A stretch of 64,000 nucleotides of DNA from an uncultured Oscillospiraceae bacterium (lineage in GTDB: Bacteria; Bacillota; Clostridia; Christensenellales; CAG-314). Position numbers and translations under genes: made by a program. Of the stretch, positions 1 through 9,544 are shown in pieces (position 1 is the first letter of the stretch; each line of letters begins with the position of its first letter). The stretch covers positions 68,050 through 132,049 of the forward strand of contig CAZNZO010000001.1 of the NCBI GenBank assembly GCA_964577535.1. Reading direction: 5' to 3'. The notes beneath the pieces are model-generated. The model was given only the letters and a program-made list of their open reading frames with translations. It was not told where the DNA came from and made no database searches.

Positions 1-1376
1 CGTGGAAAATTGTGCGCAACTTGTTTTACCGAAAGCGCCAGCACCCTGAACCCTTTTTGAGAATAGGTTTTGTAGTGCTTTTGAAAACGCTCAAAGTTTT
101 GCGCGCCCTGCATTACTTCGAAACTGCCTTTTGTTATGGAATAGTAGTTGTTGTCGCTTTTAACAACAACCGTCATCAATTTTCTGGTGCTATCAAATGG
201 AATGGAGAACAGGCGCGTTGCCGGTTTTGGGTTGATAATGGCCGAAATGACGGCAATTTCCGTCGGGTCGCCCACCCAACCGTTGTCGCTTTTTGTGGCA
301 TCGCAACACCAACCGTACGCTTGCAAATTGAAGTTGTTTTTTAGCCCGCTTGCCGCAACAAAACTGCCGTCGAAAATGCCCAAAAGCGTCATTTTGTTTT
401 GCGTCAAAGTGCCGGTTTTATCCGAACAAATAACCGTTGCGCCGCCCAACGCTTCCACCGCCGTTAGCCGCTTTATAATGGCACGTTTTGCCGCCATTCT
501 TTCCAGCCCTTTGGCCAAAACCACCGTGACAACTGCCGGCAAACCTTCGGGAATGGCCGCAACGGCAAGCGAAACGGAAGTGAGAAAAACGTTTACAAAA
601 ATGCCGGAAAGTGTGTCGCCCTGCCCCATGTGCTTCACTTCTTTGGCAAAACTTATAACCAACACGGCGAAGCAAACGCACAGGCAAGTTATGCCAATAA
701 CCTTGGAAAGTTGCTTTAGCTTTTGTTGCAGTGGCGTTAGCACCACGGAAGAATCGGCCAGCGCCTTTGCAATTTTTCCCAGTTCCGTGTGCTTGCCTGT
801 TGCCACCACCTGCGCCGTGCAACGTCCTTTTGTGACAAAACTGCCGCTGAAAATTTTAGATTTTGCGCTAACGGCACACTTTTCCACCGGAACGCTTTCC
901 CCCGTTAGCGCCGATTGATTGACGAAAAAGCCCTCCGCCTTTTTTAGTACGCAATCGGCCGTAACCACGTCGCCCGCTTCGAAAACGCAAACGTCGCCCG
1001 GCACAAGCAATTGACTGTTTTCCTGCACTAACACACCCGAACGAAAAACTTTGGTTGTTGGCGTGGTTAGTTGCTTCAATGCATCCAGCGATTTTTCCGC
1101 ACGGAACTCCTGAAAAGCGCCCAAAAACGCATTAGCAAGCACAATGAGCACGATTATTATCGGCTCCAACAAATCTCCTTTGTCGCCGCCAATCAGCGCC
1201 AATGCAAAAGATAGTGCCGCCGCCACTAGCAAAATGATTATCATCAAATCGGCAAACTGATGAAAAAACTTGATGACAAACCTGCTCGGTTTTTTGTTTT
1301 CCGTAACGTTTGTGCCCCACCGCTCCAACAGTTTTTCCGCTTCTTCTGTGGTTAACCCCAAAACCGTTTCTTTCAC
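1..1376 (-). CDS. Cation-transporting P-type ATPase (P2/Ca2+-type), N-terminal part; runs off the left edge
   Basis: Not in the ORF track because it has no stop in the window. Manual minus-strand translation: GTG at 1376 after GGCGGAG gives MKETVLGLTTEEAEKLLERWGTN..., then NQSALTGES, IPEGLP and the phosphorylation motif ICSDKTGTLTQNKMT (about 385-432, checked in frame with the start). Confidence 0.93.
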   Translation of the reverse strand, partial: MKETVLGLTTEEAEKLLERWGTNVTENKKPSRFVIKFFHQFADLMIIILLVAAALSFALALIGGDKGDLLEPIIIVLIVLANAFLGAFQEFRAEKSLDALKQLTTPTTKVFRSGVLVQENSQLLVPGDVCVFEAGDVVTADCVLKKAEGFFVNQSALTGESVPVEKCAVSAKSKIFSGSFVTKGRCTAQVVATGKHTELGKIAKALADSSVVLTPLQQKLKQLSKVIGITCLCVCFAVLVISFAKEVKHMGQGDTLSGIFVNVFLTSVSLAVAAIPEGLPAVVTVVLAKGLERMAAKRAIIKRLTAVEALGGATVICSDKTGTLTQNKMTLLGIFDGSFVAASGLKNNFNLQAYGWCCDATKSDNGWVGDPTEIAVISAIINPKPATRLFSIPFDSTRKLMTVVVKSDNNYYSITKGSFEVMQGAQNFERFQKHYKTYSQKGFRVLALSVKQVAHNFP

Positions 1377-1614
1377 TACACACTCCGCCCAAAATACTTT
1401 GCTAAAATAGTATGCCAGTCCCACAAAATTTAGTATTGATTGCGCCAAGGCGACTTGATGCAAAATCTTGGCCGAAAGGCAGCGGCAACAAAAATTGCCA
1501 ACGCGTACGCAAAAAGAAGACACAATTATTCACTAGCCCACGCACAAAACAGTGCGCAAGGCAACAAAAAAGGAAGCTCGGCAAAACCGAACTTCCCCAA
1601 GGCGTTATATTAAA

Positions 1615-3117
1615 TTACAAACTTTCTTGTTCAACGGAGCCCACGTTGCCCAGCAAATGGTCGGCATATTGCTTTTCCTTGTAGGCAAACTGCTTTTTGT
1701 AGTTTCTGATGGCGAACCACACGAAAATTACCAGCGACATTACTTCCGCAAAGGGATAGCAAAACCAAATTCCATCTTGTCCCCACAGATAGTTGAACAA
1801 AATTGCCGACGGAATTAGGAGAATAAGTTGACGACACAAGGACATTAGCAAACTGGAAATAGGACAGTTGATGCTTTGTAACATGTTGATGATCAAAATG
1901 CTGAACGCCGCCGGCACAAAGCAAATGCTTATGCAACGGAAGGCGTATGCACCCTCCTTAACTAGCAGTGCGTTTTCAATTTCCAGTTGCTCCATTGTTT
2001 GTCCTGCGGATGGCGTTTGACTTTTGAAAATGGACATGAGCAATTCCGGCATAAGCTGGAATGCCAAAAGTCCGGCCGTCAAAATGCCTAGCGCAACGGT
2101 GAGGGACAGGCGGAAAGTTTTTTTGAAACGCGGACGCAAATTTGCGCCGTAGTTGTAGCTTAGAATAGGCATTGTGCCTTGCATAAGACCAAACACAGGC
2201 ATAAAAATGAAGGATTGCACTTTGAAATAGGCCGAAAGCACGGTGATGCCATTGGTATATTCGCGCAACATAACGTTCAAAATTATGGTGACAACGGAAC
2301 CCATTGCATTCATAACAAATGCCGGCAAGCCTATTTTTACAATGCTCAAAAAGTATTTCTTTTCCGGTTTGAAACCTTTGATATTTATGGAAACGTCTTG
2401 CTTTTTGAACACGAAAAAATACAAATCCACAAATGCTGCAAACCACTGCCCTATGGAAGTTGCCAAAATTGCGCCCAAAACACCCATTTTTAGCGGGATG
2501 ATGAACAAAGCATCCAATGCAATGTTTGTTAGCGCGCCCACCAATTGGCTATACATAGGCACCCTCATGTTGCCTGTTGCTTGCAAAATGCGTGCGCACA
2601 CAATATCAATCAAAACGCCGCCGCCGGCCGCCATGTAGATGGTTAGGTACAGCGTGCCTTGTTCGATAACATAGCTAGCATCCGATGCGTTTTGTTCGTT
2701 GACGAAAGCAGAAACGAACGGACGGCTGATGGTGAAGGCCAGCACAACAAGCACAGCCCAAGCGCACAAAGCCAAAACGATGGAAGTTTTTGCCGCCTTG
2801 TTTGCCGATTCTCTGTCGCCTTCGCCCAGTTTGCGGGCGATGAAAGCGTTTGCGCCAACGCCAATGCCTATTGCCAATGCCGTTACAAGCATTGTCATGG
2901 GCATAACTATGCTGACGGCGTTGAAACTATCCTTGCCTATGTTAAGCCCGGTGTAGCCATCGACGATATATTGAATGTTTGTTAGAAACAACGAATCGAC
3001 AATGTTATATAGCGCCTGAACAAGCATGGAAAAAATTGCAGGCAAACTCATTTCTGCCAACAACTTGCCAATGCTTTTGTTGCGCATTTTGTCTGAATGT
3101 AAAGATACTTCTGCCAC
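1615..3117 (-). CDS. MATE family efflux transporter
   Basis: 500 aa, about 12 hydrophobic segments; motifs LPAIFSMLVQALYNIVDSLF, ARKLGEGD, ILSYNYGA; AAGGAG RBS before GTG. Confidence 0.93.
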   Translation of the reverse strand: MAEVSLHSDKMRNKSIGKLLAEMSLPAIFSMLVQALYNIVDSLFLTNIQYIVDGYTGLNIGKDSFNAVSIVMPMTMLVTALAIGIGVGANAFIARKLGEGDRESANKAAKTSIVLALCAWAVLVVLAFTISRPFVSAFVNEQNASDASYVIEQGTLYLTIYMAAGGGVLIDIVCARILQATGNMRVPMYSQLVGALTNIALDALFIIPLKMGVLGAILATSIGQWFAAFVDLYFFVFKKQDVSINIKGFKPEKKYFLSIVKIGLPAFVMNAMGSVVTIILNVMLREYTNGITVLSAYFKVQSFIFMPVFGLMQGTMPILSYNYGANLRPRFKKTFRLSLTVALGILTAGLLAFQLMPELLMSIFKSQTPSAGQTMEQLEIENALLVKEGAYAFRCISICFVPAAFSILIINMLQSINCPISSLLMSLCRQLILLIPSAILFNYLWGQDGIWFCYPFAEVMSLVIFVWFAIRNYKKQFAYKEKQYADHLLGNVGSVEQESL

Positions 3118-3127
3118 GATACTCCTT

Positions 3128-3155
3128 AAAAAGCGGTTGCACTGTTGTGCAACCG
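3128..3155 (-). terminator. Intrinsic terminator-like hairpin between folA and MATE
   Basis: Minus strand reads CGGTTGCAC-AACA-GTGCAACCG-CTTTTT, directly abutting the MATE RBS. Confidence 0.6.
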
Positions 3156-3203
3156 TGTTTATTTACGTTTATTTTGTTATATAGCCACAAAAACATTGCA
3201 AAA

Positions 3204-3692
3204 CTATTTGATTGCAAGATTTTTGTATTTGCAAAAAGCAATTTGATAATCGCCGTCCAAAATCGTTTGCGATTGTTCCACCAGCTGCCAATTTTCCTTT
3301 TCGTCCAAGTTGGGAAAAAACACGTCGGCATTGCCATCGGCAAAAACTTTTGTTACAAGGGCAAATTCGCAACGATCCAGCAGCAGTTTGTAGACGGATG
3401 CTCCGCCAACAACAAAAATTTCGCCGCAAGCGCCCTGCAAAACTTCGTCTAGTTGATCCACCGTTTGCACCGTTATTGTGCCTTCGTGTTTGGCACCGGA
3501 ACTATCCAAAACAACGTTTGTTCTGTTGGGCAACGCACCGCTAGGGAAACTTAGAAAAGTGTTTGCGCCCATAACTATTGTTGTGCCCGTGGTTGTTTGC
3601 CGGAAAAACTGCATGTCTTTTGGCAAACGGAAAAGCAAATTGTTGTTTTTACCAATGCCCCAACGGGTGTCAACTGCAACAATAAGGTTCAT
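3204..3692 (-). CDS. folA: Dihydrofolate reductase
   Basis: MNLIVAVDTRWGIGKNNNL, DMQFFRQTT, VMGANTF, LPNRTNVVL, VVGGASVY; start moved to the ATG at 3692 after GGAGG; next to thyA. Confidence 0.95.
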   Translation of the reverse strand: MNLIVAVDTRWGIGKNNNLLFRLPKDMQFFRQTTTGTTIVMGANTFLSFPSGALPNRTNVVLDSSGAKHEGTITVQTVDQLDEVLQGACGEIFVVGGASVYKLLLDRCEFALVTKVFADGNADVFFPNLDEKENWQLVEQSQTILDGDYQIAFCKYKNLAIK

Positions 3693-3715
3693 TTTTTCCT
3701 CCGCAAAGCGCAAAA

Positions 3716-4546
3716 CTAAATTGCCACTTCAAATTTTTCGGCAAACGGTTCGTACTGATAGTTTTCCAGTGCAAAGTCGTCCACGGTGAACTTATAGAAA
3801 TCGGTTACATCTTTGTTGATAACAAACTTGGGTGCTTCGTGCGCAGTGCCTTGCAACATTCTTTCCACTTGCGGAATGTGCCTGTCGTAGATATGCGCAT
3901 CGGCAATTACGTGCACCAATTCGCCCACTTGCAAATTGCTTACTTGCGCCAACATGTGCACAAGCACAGCATATTGAGTGACGTTCCAGTTGTTAGCCAC
4001 AGCCATATCGTTGGAACGTTGGTTCAAAATGGCGTTCAACTTGCCGTCCGTTACGTTAAAAGTGACGGAATAGGCGCATGGATAGAGATGCATTTCGTGC
4101 AAATCGGCATGAACGTAAATGTTGGTGAGAATTCTTCTGCTGGACGGATTGTGCTTTAAATCGTACAAAACACGGTCAACTTGATCGAATTCCCCTTCCG
4201 GATAGACGTGCTTTACGCCCAGCTGATAGCCATAGGCCTTGCCGATGCTGCCCGTTTCGTCCGCCCAACTATCCCAAATGTGGGAGTTAAGTTGATTCAC
4301 GTTGTTGCTTTTCTTTTGCCAAATCCACAACAATTCGTCAATGGCCGCCTTAAACGCCGTGCGGCGCAAGGTGATGATGGGAAATTCCTTTTGCAAATCG
4401 TAACGATTGACTATGCAAAAAACTTTTTTTGTGTGCGCAGCAGTGCCATCCGCCCAATGAGGACGAACTTGTGCGTTGGCGTCGTCAAAACCGTTATCAA
4501 TTATGTTGCGCATGTTGCTTCGAAAAATTTCGTCTGCTCTACTCAT
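3716..4546 (-). CDS. thyA: Thymidylate synthase
   Basis: PSSRRIL, LYPCAY (catalytic Cys), QRSND, DAHIYDRH; start moved to the ATG at 4546 (MSRADEIF). Confidence 0.96.
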   Translation of the reverse strand: MSRADEIFRSNMRNIIDNGFDDANAQVRPHWADGTAAHTKKVFCIVNRYDLQKEFPIITLRRTAFKAAIDELLWIWQKKSNNVNQLNSHIWDSWADETGSIGKAYGYQLGVKHVYPEGEFDQVDRVLYDLKHNPSSRRILTNIYVHADLHEMHLYPCAYSVTFNVTDGKLNAILNQRSNDMAVANNWNVTQYAVLVHMLAQVSNLQVGELVHVIADAHIYDRHIPQVERMLQGTAHEAPKFVINKDVTDFYKFTVDDFALENYQYEPFAEKFEVAI

Positions 4547-4576
4547 TTTTTCGCCTTCTTTTGCAAGAATAGATCT

Positions 4577-4605
4577 ATTGTAACAAAATAATTTTGCATA
4601 GTCAA
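4577..4605 (-). promoter_or_regulatory. sigmaA-type promoter of thyA-folA
   Basis: TTGACT-17 bp-TACAAT with extended -10 TG. Confidence 0.7.
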
Positions 4606-4916
4606 ACAACAAAGCCGTGTGTTGACAAAAAAATTGCAAACCATTTTTGCAATTTGACAGCGTGCGGGACAGACCATCCGTGTTAAGATTCCGCCATTGG
4701 CGTTTTGATTTGTTGCGGTTGACGAACATCTGGCAACACACAACAAATAAGAATAGGCAAAACTTTGGGAACCACAGCTTAAAGCGGTGCTTTCGTTTTT
4801 TGTCGAATTATGCTTTGGGGTGCAACCGTTAAGAAAGTGAATTTTACTCAAAACAAATAGATTTATTTGAGCCCCAACAAAAAAAGTGTTTCATTTGGTT
4901 TGACAACCCTTAAAGC

Positions 4917-4944
4917 AAAAAAACGCCGAAGTTTTTTCGGCGTT
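4917..4944 (-). terminator. Intrinsic terminator of the CDF gene
   Basis: AACGCCGAA-loop-TTCGGCGTT followed by a T-run on the minus strand. Confidence 0.7.
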
Positions 4945-4965
4945 GAAGTTTGCTTTGGCAACAAA

Positions 4966-6168
4966 CTATTTATGTTTGCCCCTATCGGAAGAAATTTGCT
5001 GTTCCACAGTGGGCACCACAAAAACGTTTGTGTGCGTTTGGTCAATTTTTTGTTGAATGTATTGTTGAATTTGCACCGGCGTTAGTTTTGTGTCGAAGTG
5101 AATTGCTACGTCGAAAATCAAGTTGGTGAGAGTTGGGCCCTTCACCATGCGAAAATCGTGTATGGAAAAGTGTTCGTCCAGTTGCTGAACAATTTCTTCC
5201 ACTTGGCTTTTGTAGCTATCCAGTTCGGGGTCGCCAACAACGACAGGATCCATGTGCGTAACCAACGTTATATCGGTGTTTTGGACAAAATCACGCTCGA
5301 TTTTGTCCATAAGCTCATGGCTTTGCATCACATCCACCGATGCATCCACTTCCACGTGCACACTTGCATAGTACTTATTCGGGCCGTAGTTGTGAACGTT
5401 TAGGTCGTGAATTCCGCATACGCCGTCGAAGCGTTTGATGCGTTCCACAACGGAATCAACAAGCTGTTTGGAGGGTGCTTCGCCAAGCAGTTGGTTTATT
5501 GTTTCCTTCAAAATTTTTATGCCAGCAACGGCAATAAACACCGCAACGGCAACGCCCATAATGCCATCCAAATTTATGCCGATAAAATGCGAAACAACCA
5601 CAGCAACCAAAACGGCCAAGGTGGCACACACGTCGGAAACTGAATCGATGGAAGTTGCTTTTAGCAATTCGGAATTATATTCGTTGCCCAATTTGCGGTT
5701 GAACAAAAACATCCAAAACTTAACCACCACGGAAACGCACAAGGCCACCACCGTCCAAATGCTGAAAGTGAGTTCTTGAGCATTGCCCTGCACCAGATCG
5801 ACAATTTTACTAGCGCTTTCCATGCCCAATTCGAAGGCCAAAACAAGCACAATGAAGGCAACAATCATGCTGGCAACGTATTCCATGCGCTTGTGGCCGT
5901 AAGGGTGTTCGGAATCGGCCGGTTTGCCGGCCAACTTCAAACTGACAAGAGAAATGACGTTGCTTCCGCAATCGGTAAGGTTATTCAGCCCGTCCGCCAA
6001 AACGGACAAGACGGAAAACACCGCACCGACAACTATCTTTGCGGCGGCAAGCAACACGTTCAAAACAATGCCCACTATGCCGGATAGTTTGCCCACCTTT
6101 TCGCGCACGGCTGCATCGTGAGTATTTTCGCTGTTTTTAACAAAAATTTTTAGTAGCAATCTAGTCAT
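4966..6168 (-). CDS. Cation diffusion facilitator (CDF) family transporter
   Basis: KPADSEHPYGHKRMEY, DSVSD, IHDLNVHNYG, HDFRMV; typical clostridial long CDF. Confidence 0.93.
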   Translation of the reverse strand: MTRLLLKIFVKNSENTHDAAVREKVGKLSGIVGIVLNVLLAAAKIVVGAVFSVLSVLADGLNNLTDCGSNVISLVSLKLAGKPADSEHPYGHKRMEYVASMIVAFIVLVLAFELGMESASKIVDLVQGNAQELTFSIWTVVALCVSVVVKFWMFLFNRKLGNEYNSELLKATSIDSVSDVCATLAVLVAVVVSHFIGINLDGIMGVAVAVFIAVAGIKILKETINQLLGEAPSKQLVDSVVERIKRFDGVCGIHDLNVHNYGPNKYYASVHVEVDASVDVMQSHELMDKIERDFVQNTDITLVTHMDPVVVGDPELDSYKSQVEEIVQQLDEHFSIHDFRMVKGPTLTNLIFDVAIHFDTKLTPVQIQQYIQQKIDQTHTNVFVVPTVEQQISSDRGKHK

Positions 6169-6174
6169 ATGGCA

Positions 6175-6203
6175 ATTTTACCGCAATATTTTTGCGCTGT
6201 CAA
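6175..6203 (-). promoter_or_regulatory. sigmaA promoter of the CDF gene (leaderless geometry)
   Basis: TTGACA-17 bp-TAAAAT, then only 6 nt (TGCCAT) before the ATG; no SD. Confidence 0.75.
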
Positions 6204-6343
6204 TGCGTTTTGCCCCTTTGCATGGCAAAAGCAATGGTTTTGTTTTGGCGCAGAAAAAACGACAACTGCAAGCATGCCCGCAATGGCACGCAAAAAGTTG
6301 CCGCATTTTTGATTTTTTCGGGGTGCTCTTGGAAGTTTTTTCG

Positions 6344-7645
6344 TTAGGGCTTGGAAACTTTTTGAGCAAAAGTTGCAACAACACAATCAATTGCCTTTTG
6401 AGCGTCCTCTCCCTCGGCATAGGCACGCACTTTGTTTTCCGTGCCGCTTTTGCGCAACACAATGCGACAATTTGGATAGAGAGACAGCACGCGGTTGGAA
6501 GTTCTGCTTAGTCCGTCTGATTCGGCAAGAGATTTGTTATCCGATGTCAGTGGCAAGTTGGCGGCGCAACAAAAAATTTCTTCACATTCCTGTGTGTATT
6601 GCTGCAAACTACCCATTTCCATAAAAATTTTGCACACAAACAATGCGTTTAACAGCGCATCGCTGCCCGTGGCATAGTCGCACAACAGATAGTGTCCGCT
6701 TTCTTCGCCGCCAAAATTGCAATTGTTTTTGACCATGGCGTTGAAAACGTTCACGTCGCCCACATCGCTGCGTAGCAGCTGTATACCCAAGTTTTTCAAT
6801 GCTTGCTCCACGCCACCGTTAGTCAAGGTTGTGCCGCAAACACCGCCTTTTAGCATGCCCGTTTGTTTCAAGTATTTTGCAATGGCAAAAAACACTTTGC
6901 TGTTTGAAAGTTGCTTGCCGTTTTCGAACACGGCAAGCCTATCGGCATCGCCATCGAATGCAAAGCCCAAATGAAATTCACCGTTCAATTTGCTTTGCAA
7001 AAAACCTGGGAAAGTTGCGCCGCAACCGTCGTTTATTTGTTTGCCACAGTTTTTGTTGCAAAAAGCCGTTACCTTTGCACCAGCCTTGCAAAACAACATC
7101 TCTGCCACCTTGTAGGCAGCACCGTAGCAACAATCCAATGCAATTTTTAGGCCAAACAAATTTACCGGCAATGCGCGCAGCAAGTCGTCGCAATAGATGT
7201 TGTCCACGTCGTAAAACACCGGTTCAAATATTTTGCCGGTGGATTTTTCGCAAGTTAAATTGTTCATCATGCGAGAAACTACGTTTTGCTTGGATGCGCA
7301 CAACTTTACGCCGTAGCGATCGAACACTTTTAGGCCGTTATCTTGCGGCGGATTGTGGCTTGCCGTTATCATAACACCGTAGTCTCCGCCCATTTTGCGC
7401 ACAAAATGCCCCACTGCGTTGGTGGGCAAAATGCCTAAATTTATAACGTTGCCGCCGCCGGCATATACGCCTTGCGCCAACGCATCAAAAAGTTTTTCGC
7501 CGGAAACACGTGTGTCGCGGCAAATAAGCACAATGGGACAATCGCCGCCCAAAAGCGCCAAACTTTTTCCCAACAAAAAAGCAGTACCATCCGTAAGGGT
7601 ACTGCCGTATGTTCCTCGAATTCCGTCCGTACCAAAAAAATTCAT
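6344..7645 (-). CDS. glmM: Phosphoglucosamine mutase
   Basis: FGTDGIRG, ITASHNP (phospho-Ser), AFDGDADRL, GGEESGH, RKSGTE; start moved to the ATG at 7645. Confidence 0.85.
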   Translation of the reverse strand: MNFFGTDGIRGTYGSTLTDGTAFLLGKSLALLGGDCPIVLICRDTRVSGEKLFDALAQGVYAGGGNVINLGILPTNAVGHFVRKMGGDYGVMITASHNPPQDNGLKVFDRYGVKLCASKQNVVSRMMNNLTCEKSTGKIFEPVFYDVDNIYCDDLLRALPVNLFGLKIALDCCYGAAYKVAEMLFCKAGAKVTAFCNKNCGKQINDGCGATFPGFLQSKLNGEFHLGFAFDGDADRLAVFENGKQLSNSKVFFAIAKYLKQTGMLKGGVCGTTLTNGGVEQALKNLGIQLLRSDVGDVNVFNAMVKNNCNFGGEESGHYLLCDYATGSDALLNALFVCKIFMEMGSLQQYTQECEEIFCCAANLPLTSDNKSLAESDGLSRTSNRVLSLYPNCRIVLRKSGTENKVRAYAEGEDAQKAIDCVVATFAQKVSKP

Positions 7646-7698
7646 AACGTTGCCTCTAAAAACAGTATTTTTTATCTTTGGCAGGAAAAAAATTAAAG

Positions 7699-8598
7699 TT
7701 ATTCGGAAAATTTTCGTGCGTAGACGGTGGCAAAAGTGCCTGCTTTTGCACCATCGGCGCATGCAGTGACAATTTGTTTCAACGCGCCGTTTGTAACGTC
7801 TCCTGCGGCAAAAAGACCTTCCACCGTGGTTTGGCACTTATCGTCCACCACCAAATAGCCTTTTTCCGTGTGTAAGCCGTCAACGGAAATAAAATCTGTG
7901 ACAGGTTGCGCACCTATGGCAACAAACACTGCCGAAACTGCTAGCCTGCTTGTGTTTTGGCCGTCGAAAACATCCACCGCCGAAACAACGTCGTCGCAAA
8001 CAATTTGCGAAACGGAACAGCCAAGCAACGGTTGAACGTTGGGCTTGGCAAGCAGGCGTTGCACCATGCGTTCCTCCGCCGAAAAGTTGTTTTGCGGAAC
8101 AACAACGTACACTTTGCTGCACAAATCCGCCAAATATTCCGCCTCGCGCACGGCAGGAATTCCACCACCGACAACGGCAACTGGCATGTTTTTGTAGAAA
8201 TTGCCATCGCAAGTTGCGCAATAGGAAACACCCTTCCCCACAAACGGCGATTCAAAACCCAGTTTGTTGTGCGCAGTGCCTGTGGCGACAACAACGGCGG
8301 GGAAGAAAAAATCCCCCTTGGTGGTTTTTATGCAAAACTCGTTTTGCTTTGTTAGGGAAATAACTCTGCTACGCACCACTTTTAGCCCCAGCGCTTTTGC
8401 TTGCGCCGCAGTGTCGGCAGCCAACTTCCACCCTTCAACACTAGCGTACGACGGATAGTTTTCGATTATTCCCAAATTGGCAGTCTGTCCGCCCAAACCA
8501 AACTGTTCAAACAAAGTGACTTCGGCATTGGCACGCAATGCATAAACTGCCGCGGTAAGTCCGGCAACACCGCCGCCTATAATTGCAATTTTTTTCAT
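7699..8598 (-). CDS. trxB: Thioredoxin-disulfide reductase-like flavoprotein
   Basis: IIGGGVAG, IENYP, GVSYCATCDG (CxxC), GLFAAGD; start at the ATG at 8598. Confidence 0.85.
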   Translation of the reverse strand: MKKIAIIGGGVAGLTAAVYALRANAEVTLFEQFGLGGQTANLGIIENYPSYASVEGWKLAADTAAQAKALGLKVVRSRVISLTKQNEFCIKTTKGDFFFPAVVVATGTAHNKLGFESPFVGKGVSYCATCDGNFYKNMPVAVVGGGIPAVREAEYLADLCSKVYVVVPQNNFSAEERMVQRLLAKPNVQPLLGCSVSQIVCDDVVSAVDVFDGQNTSRLAVSAVFVAIGAQPVTDFISVDGLHTEKGYLVVDDKCQTTVEGLFAAGDVTNGALKQIVTACADGAKAGTFATVYARKFSE

Positions 8599-8783
8599 AA
8601 ATTTATACGCTCCATTTTGCAACACTTGGCGTGTAACACTTTGCATTATTTTGCATGTTCTTCTTCTTTTTTGACGAAGCGTTGCACGACCAACATTCTT
8701 ATTTATTTTACAACACAATTGACGACTTGTAAAGGAGGTGAGAAAATGAGTTTGATAACTTTCGTCTTCAAGCCAAAAAGAAA

Positions 8784-9050
8784 ATGGCTAGCAGAAACAC
8801 AAAGTGGGTTAAAGTTGGAAAATATACAATTACGTCACATGCACAAAATAGAAGCGTACAAAAAGACAAAAATCTAGGCAAAACGGATATGCTTCGCAAT
8901 TTGTTTGGAAATTCAAAAAATTCTCGCATACATGCAGATAAAGACGGTTCCAGACAATACGACAGACTAAACACAAACAACCGCACTTTGACTTTTATTA
9001 CTGCTGGTAATCATCATGTTAAAACCATCAGAAAGTATCACAAAAAATGA
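8784..9050 (+). CDS. Small basic protein resembling a DUF4258/BECR-fold ribonuclease toxin domain; 5' end possibly frameshifted
   Basis: 88 aa, Lys/Arg-rich, YTITSHAQNR motif followed by a beta-rich C-terminus (TLTFIT...HVKTIRK); AT-rich DNA. The strong RBS+ATG at 8731-8748 is out of frame. Confidence 0.5.
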   Translation: MASRNTKWVKVGKYTITSHAQNRSVQKDKNLGKTDMLRNLFGNSKNSRIHADKDGSRQYDRLNTNNRTLTFITAGNHHVKTIRKYHKK

Positions 9051-9093
9051 ACAAAAAGAAATTCGAAAATTTGAAAACAGGAGGTAAAGTATT

Positions 9094-9405
9094 GTGCCAT
9101 CTAACATTTTATTAAACCACCGCCCTACACTTAGTAACGAATCCGTCGATTTTATAAAAGAGACAGTTTTGCCAGAACTCAAAATTACAACATCTCTCGG
9201 AACAAAAGAAATCAGTGATATCGAGGATTGGATTCACAAAGTTATTGACAGCGAATACGATGAGCATGGAAATACCATCATTTTGAGTGAAGTGGAAAAA
9301 AGTGAAATTGAAAAAGCCGAGAAGTTGCTTGGTGAGCTTATGAGCGTTTGGGACAACAAAACAGACAAATATATAGATGATCTAAACGCAAAATTGGGAT
9401 TTTAG
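9094..9405 (+). CDS. Small acidic protein, putative immunity/antitoxin partner
   Basis: 103 aa, Asp/Glu-rich, apparently helical, strong RBS CAGGAGGT before GTG; directly downstream of the toxin-like ORF. Confidence 0.55.
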   Translation: MPSNILLNHRPTLSNESVDFIKETVLPELKITTSLGTKEISDIEDWIHKVIDSEYDEHGNTIILSEVEKSEIEKAEKLLGELMSVWDNKTDKYIDDLNAKLGF

Positions 9406-9436
9406 TGAAAATACCGACAAAATAATCATGTGACGA

Positions 9437-9471
9437 AAGAGACAGTTCTAGTTTAGCTGTCTCTTATTTTT
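9437..9471 (+). terminator. Intrinsic terminator of the two-gene islet
   Basis: AAGAGACAG-loop-CTGTCTCTT-ATTTTT. Confidence 0.65.
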
Positions 9472-9473
9472 GT

Positions 9474-9521
9474 AAAAAAAGCAGTTCGCAACCACTTTTG
9501 ACAGCACAAGTTGCGAACTGC
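9474..9521 (-). terminator. Intrinsic terminator of the glycerol operon
   Basis: GCAGTTCGCAAC...GTTGCGAACTGC with a T7 run on the minus strand. Confidence 0.7.
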
Positions 9522-9544
9522 ATTTATAACTTTAATTATGTGAT

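Noticed and set aside
4606-4915. Possible THF riboswitch or small ORFs upstream of thyA-folA
   Set aside because: No THF consensus recognised, the likely promoter lies downstream of this region, and the ORFs lack an RBS.
8770-8786. Programmed -1 frameshift at CCAAAAAGAAAA joining the 8746 ATG to the toxin frame
   Set aside because: Not a canonical X XXY YYZ site in the upstream frame (CCA AAA AGA) and no obvious stimulatory structure; a point deletion is simpler.
8697-9469. TCTTATTT at both ends of the AT-rich islet as a target-site duplication
   Set aside because: An 8-bp AT-rich word is likely by chance, the right copy is part of the terminator, and there is no transposase or terminal inverted repeat.
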